Source of the DNA: Fonticula alba ATCC 38817
Lineage: Eukaryota; Protista; Nucleariida
Strand: one strand, 5' to 3'
NCBI GenBank assembly: GCA_000388065.2
Contig: KB932202.1
DNA: 48,832 bases
This document shows, one piece after another, positions 36,914-47,900 of the stretch. The position numbers were made by a program, and so were the translations under genes. How positions within the stretch are numbered: position 1 is the first letter of the stretch; each line of letters starts with the position of its first letter. Under the pieces are notes generated by a model. That model made no database searches and had not been told where the DNA came from. It worked only from the letters and a program-made list of their open reading frames with translations.

Positions 36914-38381
36914 ATGTCCGCCCAGCCGCCCCCTCAGCCCGGGGGCGCCGAGCCCCCCTCGCCCACTCTGACGGCGGCCAGCCCGCCGGACCTGCCGAGC
37001 ATCGTTTTTCTGGGTGGCGCATCGCCCGGCCCTGGGCTTGACCCGGCCGGCGCCACTCCCGCCGACGTGCCGCCACTGGCGGACGGCGGCCTCGCACCCG
37101 TGCAGGGGCACTTTCCCACGCCGGTCGCCGGGGCCCCTGCTGCTTCACCCTCGCCCATGGCCGCTGCCACGGCTGCCGCGACTGCCGCGGCCGCTGCAGG
37201 TGGCACGGCCGCCGCGAGTGACACGACTGCCCTGGGCGCTCCCGCGGCCGCCGCCGCCGCCGCCGCCGCCGCCACCGCCACCGCCACCGCAACAGCAGTA
37301 ACCCTCACGCCCGGCAGCGCCTCCCCTCTGGACCGCCTCCTGCATCTGGCCCGGCCAGGCACCGGGTCACCGTCCCTGGACCGGCCGATGACACCGACCG
37401 CCACCATGCCCGGCTACCCCTTCCACTCGCACGCCCATGCCCCGCCGGCTGGGCCGCCGGCCGACTGGCAATATCCAGCCAGCCGGGTGCAGGCCCTGAA
37501 GGATGGCGCCGAGCTGTTCAGCGTCTCCGGGCCGGGGACACTGACGCCGCCCTCCTCGGCCGAGGGGCTGCTCGGCGCCCCGACACCCGACCTGGTCAAC
37601 ATCCTCTCCACTCCACGGACTCTGCCCCTTTCTGGCATCGACCCGGCCTTCCGGACGCCGGAGCGCTGTGGCTGGTTCCCCGGGCGCTTGGGGGACCTGC
37701 CCTCGGGCCCGACGTACTCGGTGGCCATTGGCCGGTCGCCGATCTCGCCCGGGCTCGATGCGATCCTCGGGCTACCGCCGCCGGTGCCGGGCGCGCAGCC
37801 GGACACACTGCCGGACATGCTGCCGAGCATGCTCCCGGTCGACTTGCCCCCCAGCACCGGGCCCGAGCCGCACGACTCCGACCAGGAAGACCTCTGCTCG
37901 AGCCCGGGATCCAGCGGGCCCCAGAAGAAGGGCAAGTCGCAGCCGGTGACCACGCTCTTCAGCGGGGTTCGGCGCATCATGCCCCGGCTGAAGGAGATCG
38001 CCATGCAGCGCGACCGCCAACAGGTACGCCTCTCCGGCTGCCCGCCCGCCCGCCCGCCCGCCCGCCCGCCCGCCCGTCCGTCCGTCCGTGGCCCCTCGCC
38101 GCCCTCAGGCCCACGCAGCCGGCCATCCGACTGACGCAGATGAATATCTTGTGCCCCTCCGCCCCCCGCCCCCCTCGGCTGTGTCTCTTTCCCCTTGGTT
38201 CGGCTCAGCGCCGCATCCCCTTCGGGGAGCTTTTCCGCCTGTCCGGCCTGTCCAAGCGCCGAGTGTATGACATCACAGGTGTCCTCGAGAATGTTGGCAT
38301 CATCTCCCGGCACTCGCGCAGCTCGCACCACGTGCACCGGTGCGTCCTCGCCTGGGGCTTGGCACACCACCACCACCACCA

Positions 38382-38416
<35 letters not shown>

Positions 38417-39025
38417 GCCACCACCGCCACCGCCACCCCTTCCCTCTGCTACCCCTGTCGACCCTCTGACGCGGCCTCTCCCTGCCTTTCCCCCTCCTTC
38501 CCCCCTCTCAGGGAGTACTTCTGCTCCTCGGACTCGGACGCCTCGGACGAGGAAAGCGACCTCCGCCGACGCCAGCGCGAGGTGGAGAATGAGCTTCGTG
38601 CTGACATTCGCCAGTGTACGTGACATTGCGCCGGGCCATCTTGGCCCCAATTGCCCCCCCTTTGGCCTGCATGCTCACCATCTCCCCTCCCCCCCCCCCC
38701 TGACGCAGCTCACGCGGCCGAGGCCGAGCTCGACCGGGCCATCGCCCACATGAAGACCCTCATTCGCGAGAGCTACCACCCGGTGGCCAAGCGCCCGCGG
38801 CTGGATGTCGACCCGTCCGACCCGGCGCCCGCTGCCTCGGGTGCTGCTGGCAGTGCACCGAGCCTTGAGGTGGCCGAGATCCTGCGGACGGTTCCCCGGC
38901 CACCATCAGCCCGCCGGGCTGGCAAGGCCACGGCCGCCGCCGGCTCCCCTCTTCGGTCGAAGGTCGTCCTCATTTCGGCCCCTTCGCTCTCGTGGCGTGA
39001 TGAAGGGCTAATCCGGGATCAGCAA

Positions 39026-39057
<32 letters not shown>

Positions 39058-39733
39058 ACAGCAGCAGCAGCAGCAGCAGCAACAGCAACACATGATGGCC
39101 CGGCCGCCGCTGCCGGTGCCGCCGGCCACAGCCCCGCCGGCTCGTGGCGTCCCCGGGCCAGCCACGGCCTTGCTCCTTCTTCCCCCGCGACCGGCCACCA
39201 CCGCTGCCGCCTCTGCCAGCAGCACCCCGAGCGCTGCCATGGGCACCACTGCCGCCACTGGAGCCCTCCTGCCTGGGCAGGCGACCACACCACCGGGCGG
39301 CAACTCCGCCCTGGTCGCCGTCACAGGGCCTGGCGCGGCTGCCACGCCGACCGCCACCTCCGCCGCTTACAGGGCGGGTACCCTCGTTCGGGCAGGCGGG
39401 CCACGCGTCACCAGGCTGGACCTTGCGTCGGGCCACCGGTCCAACCAGGGGGCCTTCCGCCCCTCGCGGCTGGAGGAGAACCCCGGACCCGGGGCCGACA
39501 GCAGCGCCAGCCCGAGTGATGGCGACGAGAGCCCCACCGACGGGGGGGAAAGCACCGACGAGGAGGGGCCCACTTGGGACGCCCGGGCCAGCGCGGTTCG
39601 CATGATGGAGTTCCAGGGCCACCGCCCAGTCCGGTCACTGACCCTGATGACCGAGCCGCTGCCGCCGATGCCGGCCATGGCGGTGCCCGGCCGGCGGCGA
39701 CCGGTGTCGGCCCGGGCCAGCGCGCGTGCCTGA
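36914..39733 (+). CDS. E2F: E2F-family transcription factor (single winged-helix DBD + coiled coil/marked box), 4 exons
   Basis: Exons 36914-38023, 38209-38339, 38512-38615 and 38709-39733 are in frame. DBD signature KRRVYDITGVLENVGII (consensus KRRIYDITNVLEGIGLI). Coiled coil LRADIRQSHAAEAELDRAI resembles E2F4 LKAEIEELQQREQELDQH. Marked-box-like EVAEILRT...KVVLISAP. Confidence 0.85.
39020..39088 (+). repeat. Poly-Gln tract (23 CAG/CAA codons) in E2F
   Basis: 69 nt of CAG/CAA in frame between GAT and CAC ATG. Confidence 0.95.
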
Positions 39734-39780
39734 AGATGCCGTCTTTTGGTGCTCTCTGCCCTTTTCCGTCTTCCGCCCCC

Positions 39781-40172
39781 NNNNNNNNNNNNNNNNNNNN
39801 NNNNNNNNNNNNNNNNNNNNNNNNNNNNNNNNNNNNNNNNNNNNNNNNNNNNNNNNNNNNNNNNNNNNNNNNNNNNNNNNNNNNNNNNNNNNNNNNNNNN
39901 NNNNNNNNNNNNNNNNNNNNNNNNNNNNNNNNNNNNNNNNNNNNNNNNNNNNNNNNNNNNNNNNNNNNNNNNNNNNNNNNNNNNNNNNNNNNNNNNNNNN
40001 NNNNNNNNNNNNNNNNNNNNNNNNNNNNNNNNNNNNNNNNNNNNNNNNNNNNNNNNNNNNNNNNNNNNNNNNNNNNNNNNNNNNNNNNNNNNNNNNNNNN
40101 NNNNNNNNNNNNNNNNNNNNNNNNNNNNNNNNNNNNNNNNNNNNNNNNNNNNNNNNNNNNNNNNNNNNNNNN
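39781..40172. other. Assembly gap (N run) between the convergent E2F and NUP88 3' ends
   Basis: Run of n. Confidence 1.
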
Positions 40173-40234
40173 GAAGGCGGGGGAAGGTGCGGAGGCCGCA
40201 GGAGCAGTGCCAGCCGGCCATGCACACATACACA

Positions 40235-40283
<49 letters not shown>

Positions 40284-40338
40284 AAGCGATAGAGAGAAAG
40301 AGCCCAAGGCCGTACACGAGGGGCAGACAGGGAAGCCT

Positions 40339-42886
40339 CTACAGCAGGTGGCTGAGGCGAGTCTCCGCTGACGAAAGGCTGCTCTTGAGGGACATGATGG
40401 AGGTACGTCTGCATGAAGCAAGGCAAGACGGGTCAGGGAAGGGGGAGGGGAAGAAAAACACACCCACAAGGTAGGAGTACACGGGGATAAACGCACAGGC
40501 TCAGGAGCTCCTCCGAGATGAGGAGCCCCTCGCGAGGGGGGAACAGAAGGGCCACCGCCCGCTCCGGGTCCGCGGCCAGGAGTTCCGCGGGAACTGAGCT
40601 GCCTGCTCCCTCTTGGGCGGCGGTCGCCGCCATGGCCGCGCCCTTCAGAGAGCCGATGCGCTCCTCCAGCTGGGCCGGGATGCGTGAAAGGGTCAGGGGG
40701 CAAGGCGGGGATTGACGGGAGGCGAAGATCATTCAAGGGGCGCCACGGCATGGGATGGATGTCCAGATGCAGGAAGGCCCATGAGGGGAGACAGAGAGAG
40801 AGAGGGGGGGGGGGAGGCGGGGGGCAGGGGCCATGTCAACGCACCCGCTCAAGACCAAGCTGGAGCTGCTCCACATGGCGCGACTGGTCCTCCAGTCGAT
40901 TGAAATGCTCCTGCTCGGCTGTCGAGATGGTGGCGGATTTCGACTTGAGGTCTGAGGTGGCGAGGTTGTTGCCAGCGATTGTCATTCGTTCGGCGCCAAA
41001 GGGGCAAAAGGGGGGGGGGGGGGAGGACACGAGCGGGTCGGTTAGATCCTCGGCGCATGCCACATATCTCGAGGGCGCCATCGCCCGGCCGGAGAGGGAC
41101 GTACGCAGAATAAGCAGCGCCGACAGCTTGGACTTCAGGGCCTCGGCACGAGCGGTGTTCTGGCGAATGCGCTCCTGCAGCTGGGTGTTCTGCCCCGACA
41201 GCTTTTGCCACGCTTGGTCGAGGAGCTCCGCCTCCTCGGTCTGGCCGGCCTTCGCCTGGTCGATGCGGTTGAAGATCATCATGAACATGCTTGACACGTA
41301 GGACAGGATGGGCAATGACCGGGCCCGAGCAGCCTCAGCGAAGGTCTCGGCCAGCATCTGCATCTTTTGCTCGTCTGCATGGTCATCTGGGTGTGCGAGC
41401 GGAAGGGGAGAAGCCAGAACAGAACCATCCGGGGGGGGGGGGGGGGGAGTGAGAGGAGAGGGGAGGGGAGAGGGCGGGAGAGAGGAGGGAAGACCGGGAC
41501 CAGCCAGGTGAGAGATGAAGCATATGGTGGAGCACAAAAAGGAGCAGCGAAAAAGCGAGAGAAAAGGAGGGAGCGAGAGAGAGAGAGAACAAGCAGGGAA
41601 CATACCGACAATCATCCGGGTACTGATGGGGATCTCATCCAGTAGGGAGCGCACATACGCCACATGATCGGAAACCGATGCCTCATTCCCGGGTACCAAG
41701 ACGGGGACCCGGCCGGGCGGGGCCGCGGTCCCCGAGGCCGCATGCTTGGCCAGGTCAAAGGGCAGGCAGGCGGTGGTGAAGGTGCCGCTGCTCTGGTGCA
41801 GCGACACCACCAGCAGGGCGGGGCAGTCGCCGGAGTCGGTGCCCGGCCGGAGGGCCAGCGGCCCGAGGTCCGGTCGGACCAGCAGACAGTCGCTGATCGC
41901 CTGCCGGGTGGAGAAGACGCGCAGCAGGCAGGACACCCGGCACAGGAGGTTCTCCGGGGCCAGGAGTGCCTGCGGCAGGGTCGCGTGGACACCCACCGGG
42001 CCGGCCAGGCTACTGAAGAAGCGTCGAAGTCCTGAGGCCGGGGGGGGGGGAAGAAGGAGGGGGGTGAGCCATTCCGGCCTCGGGCAAGGGCAGAGCCAGG
42101 GCGGCCGGCGGCGGGAGGCGCAGAAGGGACAGGCAGAGGAGGCACGAACCGAGGCAGAGGGGAGAAAAGTCCAGCAGGTAAACCGAGCTCGGGGAGAAGA
42201 TCAGGCACGCCTCGGCCCCGGCCAGGGGAGTTGCCATGAACTGGTGGTCCTGCCCGGTGGCGGGGGCGCCCTGGCCAAAGTTAAAGGCCCGCATGGGGTA
42301 GAGCTTGGCGTAGTCGGCCCTCGAGCCGGCCAGCAGCGGGTGCGCGGACACCTCACCGGCGCCGGTCTGCCACTGGGGAAGAATGCCATGCAGGTGCAGA
42401 GCGCTGTGCAGGGCGCCGCACCCATAGAAAAGGGTCAGCAGCGCATGGTCACCCGTGACCGGCGTCGCCAGAACCGCGTCGACGGTGCTCGTCGCCGAGG
42501 GGGTTGGCAGGGTGGGCTGGAAGTTTGTCGACTCAGGAGACTGTGCCACGCAGGAGGGGGAGGGCCGATCAATAAGTGCGAAGAGGCGGCGGAGGGGGGG
42601 GGGGGAGGTGCGAGAGGGAGGCCGGCTTGCAAAGACCGCACTCAAGTTCGGCCGGCAAGCAGGGAGTGACACGCACCGAGAGCAGGAAGGGGCCCTGCAC
42701 CGAAGGCAGACGCTCGGACCGAAGGCTGGGCATGGATGAGTGTGTCAGAAAGGGCCAAGAAGTACGGCAGACATGCAGGCCCCGAAGGGCGGCAGGCAAG
42801 TGAGCCACCAAGAGGATACCTGAACTTGTTGAACTCCACCAGGTACAGCGAGTCCACCCAGGCGGCCTGGGGCGGTGTGCACGGCG

Positions 42887-42940
<54 letters not shown>

Positions 42941-43975
42941 AGCCAATCGACGACGGAGGCGCCCAACACAGGGGCCGGGAGTTTCGGTCAGGTCGGCGGG
43001 AAGGCAACCGAGAGGGCGCATGGAATGCGGGGGAGCGCACCTGCTCGGCCGAGGCGTGCGACACCCGGCAACTGGCTCGCAGAGCGCGCAGAAGCTCCAG
43101 GGACATGTGGCACGAGCGCGGCACAAAGGGCGACACGGCATACACCATGCCCGCGGGCGTGGCCAGGAAGACACTCAGTGGCAGCCACCCCTGGCCGGGA
43201 GCAGTGGCGGCGGTCTCCGACGACATGGGGGCAGAAGCGCATGCAGCACTCTCGGCGGTGGCGGCCGCAGAGGAGCCCACAGTGGCGGGGCCGGCGCCAA
43301 ACGCGAAGCAGGACACCGGTAGGTAGGTGTGCTGCATGTGGTCCTGTCGGAGGGCCACCACCGGGTCGCTGAAGCCTGTGTGCAGTGGCCCACCATGGGC
43401 GAAGAGCGGCGAGGGAAGGCGAGGGAGAGATGCTCAGCATGACATGGAAAGGGGGAAGGTGCGCCAAGGAGGGCCGGAGGGGGGGGGGGGGGCAAGCAGG
43501 GCAGGGCAAGAAGGAGGTGGGCGCGCACCGCGGCGCGACGAGGCCCTGTTCGGGGCCTTGGCCTCCGTGCTCAGGACCAGCGGCAGGAGAAGCTCGCACT
43601 CCCGACCGAGGAGACTGTACAGGGACAGGTAGCGACCGCCGTCAGCCTCCAGCAGGATGGCCACGTGCTGGCCATGCGCCGAGAGCGGGTGCCACTCCAG
43701 CTGCAGGATGGACACCGCCTTGGCGGCCAGGTGCAGATGGGACCCGGCCAGCTTGGAAGCCGGCAGGTGGAAGGCCGGCAGGGGGCGGTCCGCCGCCCGG
43801 GTGCGCAGGAATCCCGCCACATTGACGACCAGCAAATGCCCAGGCCCCTGGAGCAGGAGGAGGGCGCAAGAGGGATTGAGCGAAAGCCGGCTCACCGGGA
43901 AGGAGATGGGCTCTGACAGGTGGATGGTCTGGGGTACTTGTCAGGTCCTGACCGTGCAGGCGCTCGTGTGCGCAG

Positions 43976-44014
<39 letters not shown>

Positions 44015-44419
44015 TGTGTGTGTGTGTGCGTGTAGAAGTGCACGTGAACAGCACGGACCTGGCCAGTTTGAGGGGCAGCAATTTGATCTTTTGTGCAGAA
44101 CTTGAGGCTAGAGGGACAAACGAGGGGGAGAGAGAGAGAGAGAGAGACGGGGAGTGAGCTCATGTGCGAGGGAGCATGGGGCTCAGGAGGCGCAGGAGGG
44201 GGTGGGGAACAACGGCGGCGCACGTTCGGCAGGACGACAGATAGAACGCCCCGCCAAGCGGGCACGGGGCAAACATAATTGCAGTCCAAGGGGACGGGGG
44301 AGAGCGCGCGGGGACGGTGGCGTTCTTCGGCGCAAGCAAGCCTGCTCCCTCCACGGGAGAGATAAGGGGGGCGAGGAGGAGAAAGGGCGTCCGTGGGCCG
44401 GTGGGCGGAAAGGAGGGGC

Positions 44420-44464
<45 letters not shown>

Positions 44465-44641
44465 AGCAAGGGGGCGGAGGGAGGAGGAGGGCAGAGGAGG
44501 CAGGAGCGCGGCAAGGAGCAGGATGCACGCCCCGCTGCCGCGCCCACGGAGCCGCCAGACACCGAGAAAAAAGGCCCGCCTGCGCGAGGTAGACACACGA
44601 AGGTGCGCGCGCGCGCGTTCAACACAAGGGTGTCCAGCCAT
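40339..44641 (-). CDS. NUP88: Nucleoporin NUP88/Nup82 homolog (beta-propeller + C-terminal coiled coil), multi-exon
   Basis: Propeller motifs: ISFPVSRLSLNPSCALLLLQG, ILQLEWHPLS...HVAILL, VSCFAFG...WLPLSVFLATPAGMVYAVSPFVP (Nup82-type FG..W..L...GDVYALCP). Coiled-coil tail: LQERIRQNTARAEALKSKL, ISTAEQEHFNRLEDQ, ending SLKSSLSSAETRLSHLL* at 40339. The 5' exon (MAGHPCVERARAHL, ATG 44641) and some middle junctions are tentative. Confidence 0.7.
42897..42937. repeat. (CA)n microsatellite in a NUP88 intron
   Basis: Uninterrupted ca repeat read directly. Confidence 0.9.
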
Positions 44642-44788
44642 CCGTGGGCATGTGCCTCGAGCCGGGCGGCCCCAATTAACTGGGTATAACTCACATCCCC
44701 GGTCTGCCGTTCTCGCCTATGATTGTGGTCTATCCTCGTGAGGCTGTGATTGTGGCCATAGTGTGTGGCAAGTGCACGTGTGCACCAC

Positions 44789-44797
44789 CGCGCGCGC

Positions 44798-44872
<75 letters not shown>

Positions 44873-44960
44873 TATGCCTGTGTGTGCGTGTGTGTGTTTG
44901 TATGCCTGTGTGTGCGTTTGTGCGTGTATGCCTGTGCGTGTATGCCTGTGTGTGTGTGTA
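44789..44960. repeat. (CG)6-(TG)34 microsatellite followed by degenerate TGTATGCCTG(TG)n units
   Basis: cg run at 44789-44800, tg run at 44801-44868, degenerate continuation to ~44960, upstream of the putative NUP88 start. Confidence 0.95.
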
Positions 44961-47900
44961 TCCTCATGCGCAGGCCGGGGATGGGGGAGGCACGCGCTCG
45001 CGCTCCTTCAGCATCTTACGCTTCACGGGGCCAGTAGTGCACATGGATGGACGGAACGCGACCGGCCCCGAGGGCTGGCGCGGCCCGGAGACCGGACGAG
45101 GACCGCGCGACGCCGGCAGGGGCGAAATACCGAAGTGAGAGTGGAAACGGGCGCCGGCGGGAGGTGCTTTCACGCAGGAGACGCCCTTGGATGGCGGTGG
45201 CGGTCGCGTGCATTCGGTCCAGAACATCGGTCCGTGGGGCTGGGCCGGAAGACCTGGAGAATGCTGGGAGCGTGGCTGTTGGCGTGCTGCGCCCTTTTCG
45301 GCCTCCCCCCCCCCCCCCCCAAAACGACCGGACTCCGCGAACTTGGGAGTGCTGGTCTTTCTGGTGCGTGCGCGTGGGCCCGTCTCAGGGTGGCCGGCGG
45401 GCGCCATTTGTGCGACCGCGGGAGCCCTGGGTCGGGGCAGCCGGCGTCCGGGGGAACATCCCGAAAATCAGTCGTGTGCCCTATGACCGTGGTGCTGGCG
45501 AGTCGGGCTGTCCGAGCTATGCGCATAGGGCCCGGGCGAGGCTGCCAGGCCTTCCGGCAGTTCGGGGTCAGGCGCAGAAGCAGGATGCCCGCCTGGGGGC
45601 ATGCATGCCACGCATGGGCGGGGGGAGGTGGCGAATCGGAGCTGCTCGCGGCCGGGGCCGTCTGCCTCTTCGGCGAAAGGGGCGGCCCCGAGTGCCTGCC
45701 GAGAAGAGAGCGGTCCGCTTGGCGCAGAGCCGGCCTGTTGGGGGCCCGGTCACCGCCAACATGCGCCCCGTTCTGGACAAGCGGCCGGCGGTGGCGCCGT
45801 GCTGGGGGGCAGACTGCCGAGATGATATCCGCCGTCCGAGCTCCCGGTGCCCATCCCATGCTGAGGGTCCGAAGCGCAGGGGGGGGGGGCGCGAATGGAG
45901 CGCGGCGGTGCTCGCGAGGGCCAGCAGGGACATATTGCTTCGAGGAATGCTCGCTGGCCCTTCCCTCGGGCATGGGGCCGCGGCAGGCCCTCCTGGGGGG
46001 GGGGGTTCTTTTTCATATCGAACGGAACCGAGTTATTGGGCCTCCCGAGACTGCGGCACCGCGCCCAGCACGAACCCTTGCCATGGGCTGCCACTTGATG
46101 GAGGCATGCTCGGGCCGGCTTTGGGTGGCGGAGGGGGGCATGTATCGACACACCGGCCCGCGCCGACGGATGCGCCGCTCTTTCCGTGTGCACGCCCTCG
46201 AGGGCGCGTTCGCCTGGGGACCGGCGGAGGACGGGGCCGACGCGGTCGAGGCTCCGCGCGCAACATCAATGGCCCGGCGAAGGGGCGAGTCCTCTCCCGG
46301 GGCCAGGGGGCCACTTCATGCGCGGGCATGCCCCGAAGGTTGCCCGGGCAGAGCGTTAGCTCGCAGGGCGCCCGGCGGGTGGGTGCCGCTCGCCGCCGCC
46401 CAGCTGGGCCTCAAGTCGAGGGCGCCCGGGCCCCGGGGTTGGAGTAGGGATGTCCGGGCCCCCATGATGTGCGCGGGGGCTTCTGAGGGCCGGTGGGCGG
46501 TGCGGCAGGTCGCCTGGCAGCCTGGCAGACCGGCGCGCCTGGGCCTCCCGCCAGGCGTCCTTCGGCCGCGGCCTCGGGGAGCTGCTACGAGGGAGGGAGG
46601 ACCAGCGGGCCCCCTGCCGGCGAAGGGGGAAACCCGAGCGGTTCGTCAGCGGGCGCCGTGTGATCGTCAAACCTACCGTTGGGAAGCCGGGCCCCGGCCC
46701 GGGGTTTAACATGGCACGCCGGGGCGTACGGCGGGGAGCCCCGCACCTGGGGCCCGTGTCGCCGTTTAGCAGGGTGCCCTGGTCGGCCTGCACATGGGTC
46801 CGTCCGGGTCCAGGTGTCGGTTTTCCGGCCGACAGCCGGCGGCGACCTGGCGTGCGTCCGGCCCGGCGCGCCGGGCCAGAGCCTGCTGCGGCTACTTGGG
46901 AGGGAGGTGGCCGAGAGCGCGGGAATGCGCCACACTTGCGACCGAAAGAGCGGTCAAACACCGGGCGAGGGGGCGGGAGGAGCCGGCCACGCGGCCACCA
47001 GGGGCTCCGGGGCCGTGGGTCGCGGAGAGAACAAGAGAGAACGAGAGGGCGAGAGAGAGAGAGTGAGGGAACAAGAGGGAACAAGAGACAGAGAGACAGA
47101 GAGCGAGAACAAGAGAGCGAGAGCGAGAGAAAGAGCCGGCCTCCCCCAGGTGCATGGATGGGCTGCGAAGTCCAGCGAAAGGGACAGCGGCCGGGTGTTG
47201 GTCGCACGAGCCAACACGACCCACGACTTTGCTCGCGGTGCGCTGGTGGCCCTGGCAGGTGGCGTGTCGGGCCCCTCCGCTCCCTCGCTCTCCCTCGCCC
47301 TTCCAAGGGCAGCAGGTGGACGTGATCCGGCTGGCGTCGGGCAACCGACAGAGGGACCGCCGGCCAGACGGTCGGGCATTTCAGGTGGCCGGCCTTTGGC
47401 GAATGCGAGGGAGGAGGGGGACAGGGCGTAACCCGGGGGAGGGGCGGAGCCCAGGCAGGGCCCCGCTGTTGACCCTGCAGAGCGTATCCCTCCAAAGACT
47501 CTCGGAGGGCGGGAGCCCTGCCCGGCGGGTGGTCTCAGATGGCTGCCCCGGGCGCAGGGCGGCAGGGGAGCCACGCCCAACCAAGCGATCCGCCCCCGCC
47601 TCCTCGCCCGAGTGGGAGACCGTGGAGCCAGGATGGCCGGGGGAATGTCTCCAAGGATGGGGGGGCGGGACCAGCGATCGCCCGAATGGGCTGCCCCCCC
47701 CCCCCCCCCCCACGGAGGCCCACCGCTCGATGGGGCGCGCGGGCGCCGAGAATGGTTGGGCACGCGCGGGGGGGCGGGGGGCGTGTGAGATAAAACCTAG
47801 GCACCAACGCACAAGCAAGAGGTAAGGCGCTGAGAGAGGCCCCGGCCGCCGAGCCATTTTCCCTTCAAACAGGCCCCCGGGGCGTGGGCCGAAGACCACC

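Noticed and set aside
38340-38511. His/Arg-rich run (HHHHHHRHHRHRHR) continuing the E2F exon-2 frame
   Set aside because: The run is a CAC/CGC microsatellite inside a GTGCGT...CAG intron. That frame stops at 38469, while splicing restores the E2F coiled coil.
44763-46709. 648-aa ORF and other ORFs in 45-48.8 kb
   Set aside because: The ORF starts in a (TG)n microsatellite, has no recognisable motifs, and lacks the codon style of the real genes.
46860-46970. 7SL/SRP-like snippets (GCTACTTGGGAGG; GACCGAAAGAGCGGTC hairpin)
   Set aside because: The two snippets are ~45 nt apart versus ~165 nt in 7SL, and the helix-8 SRP54 motif is absent.
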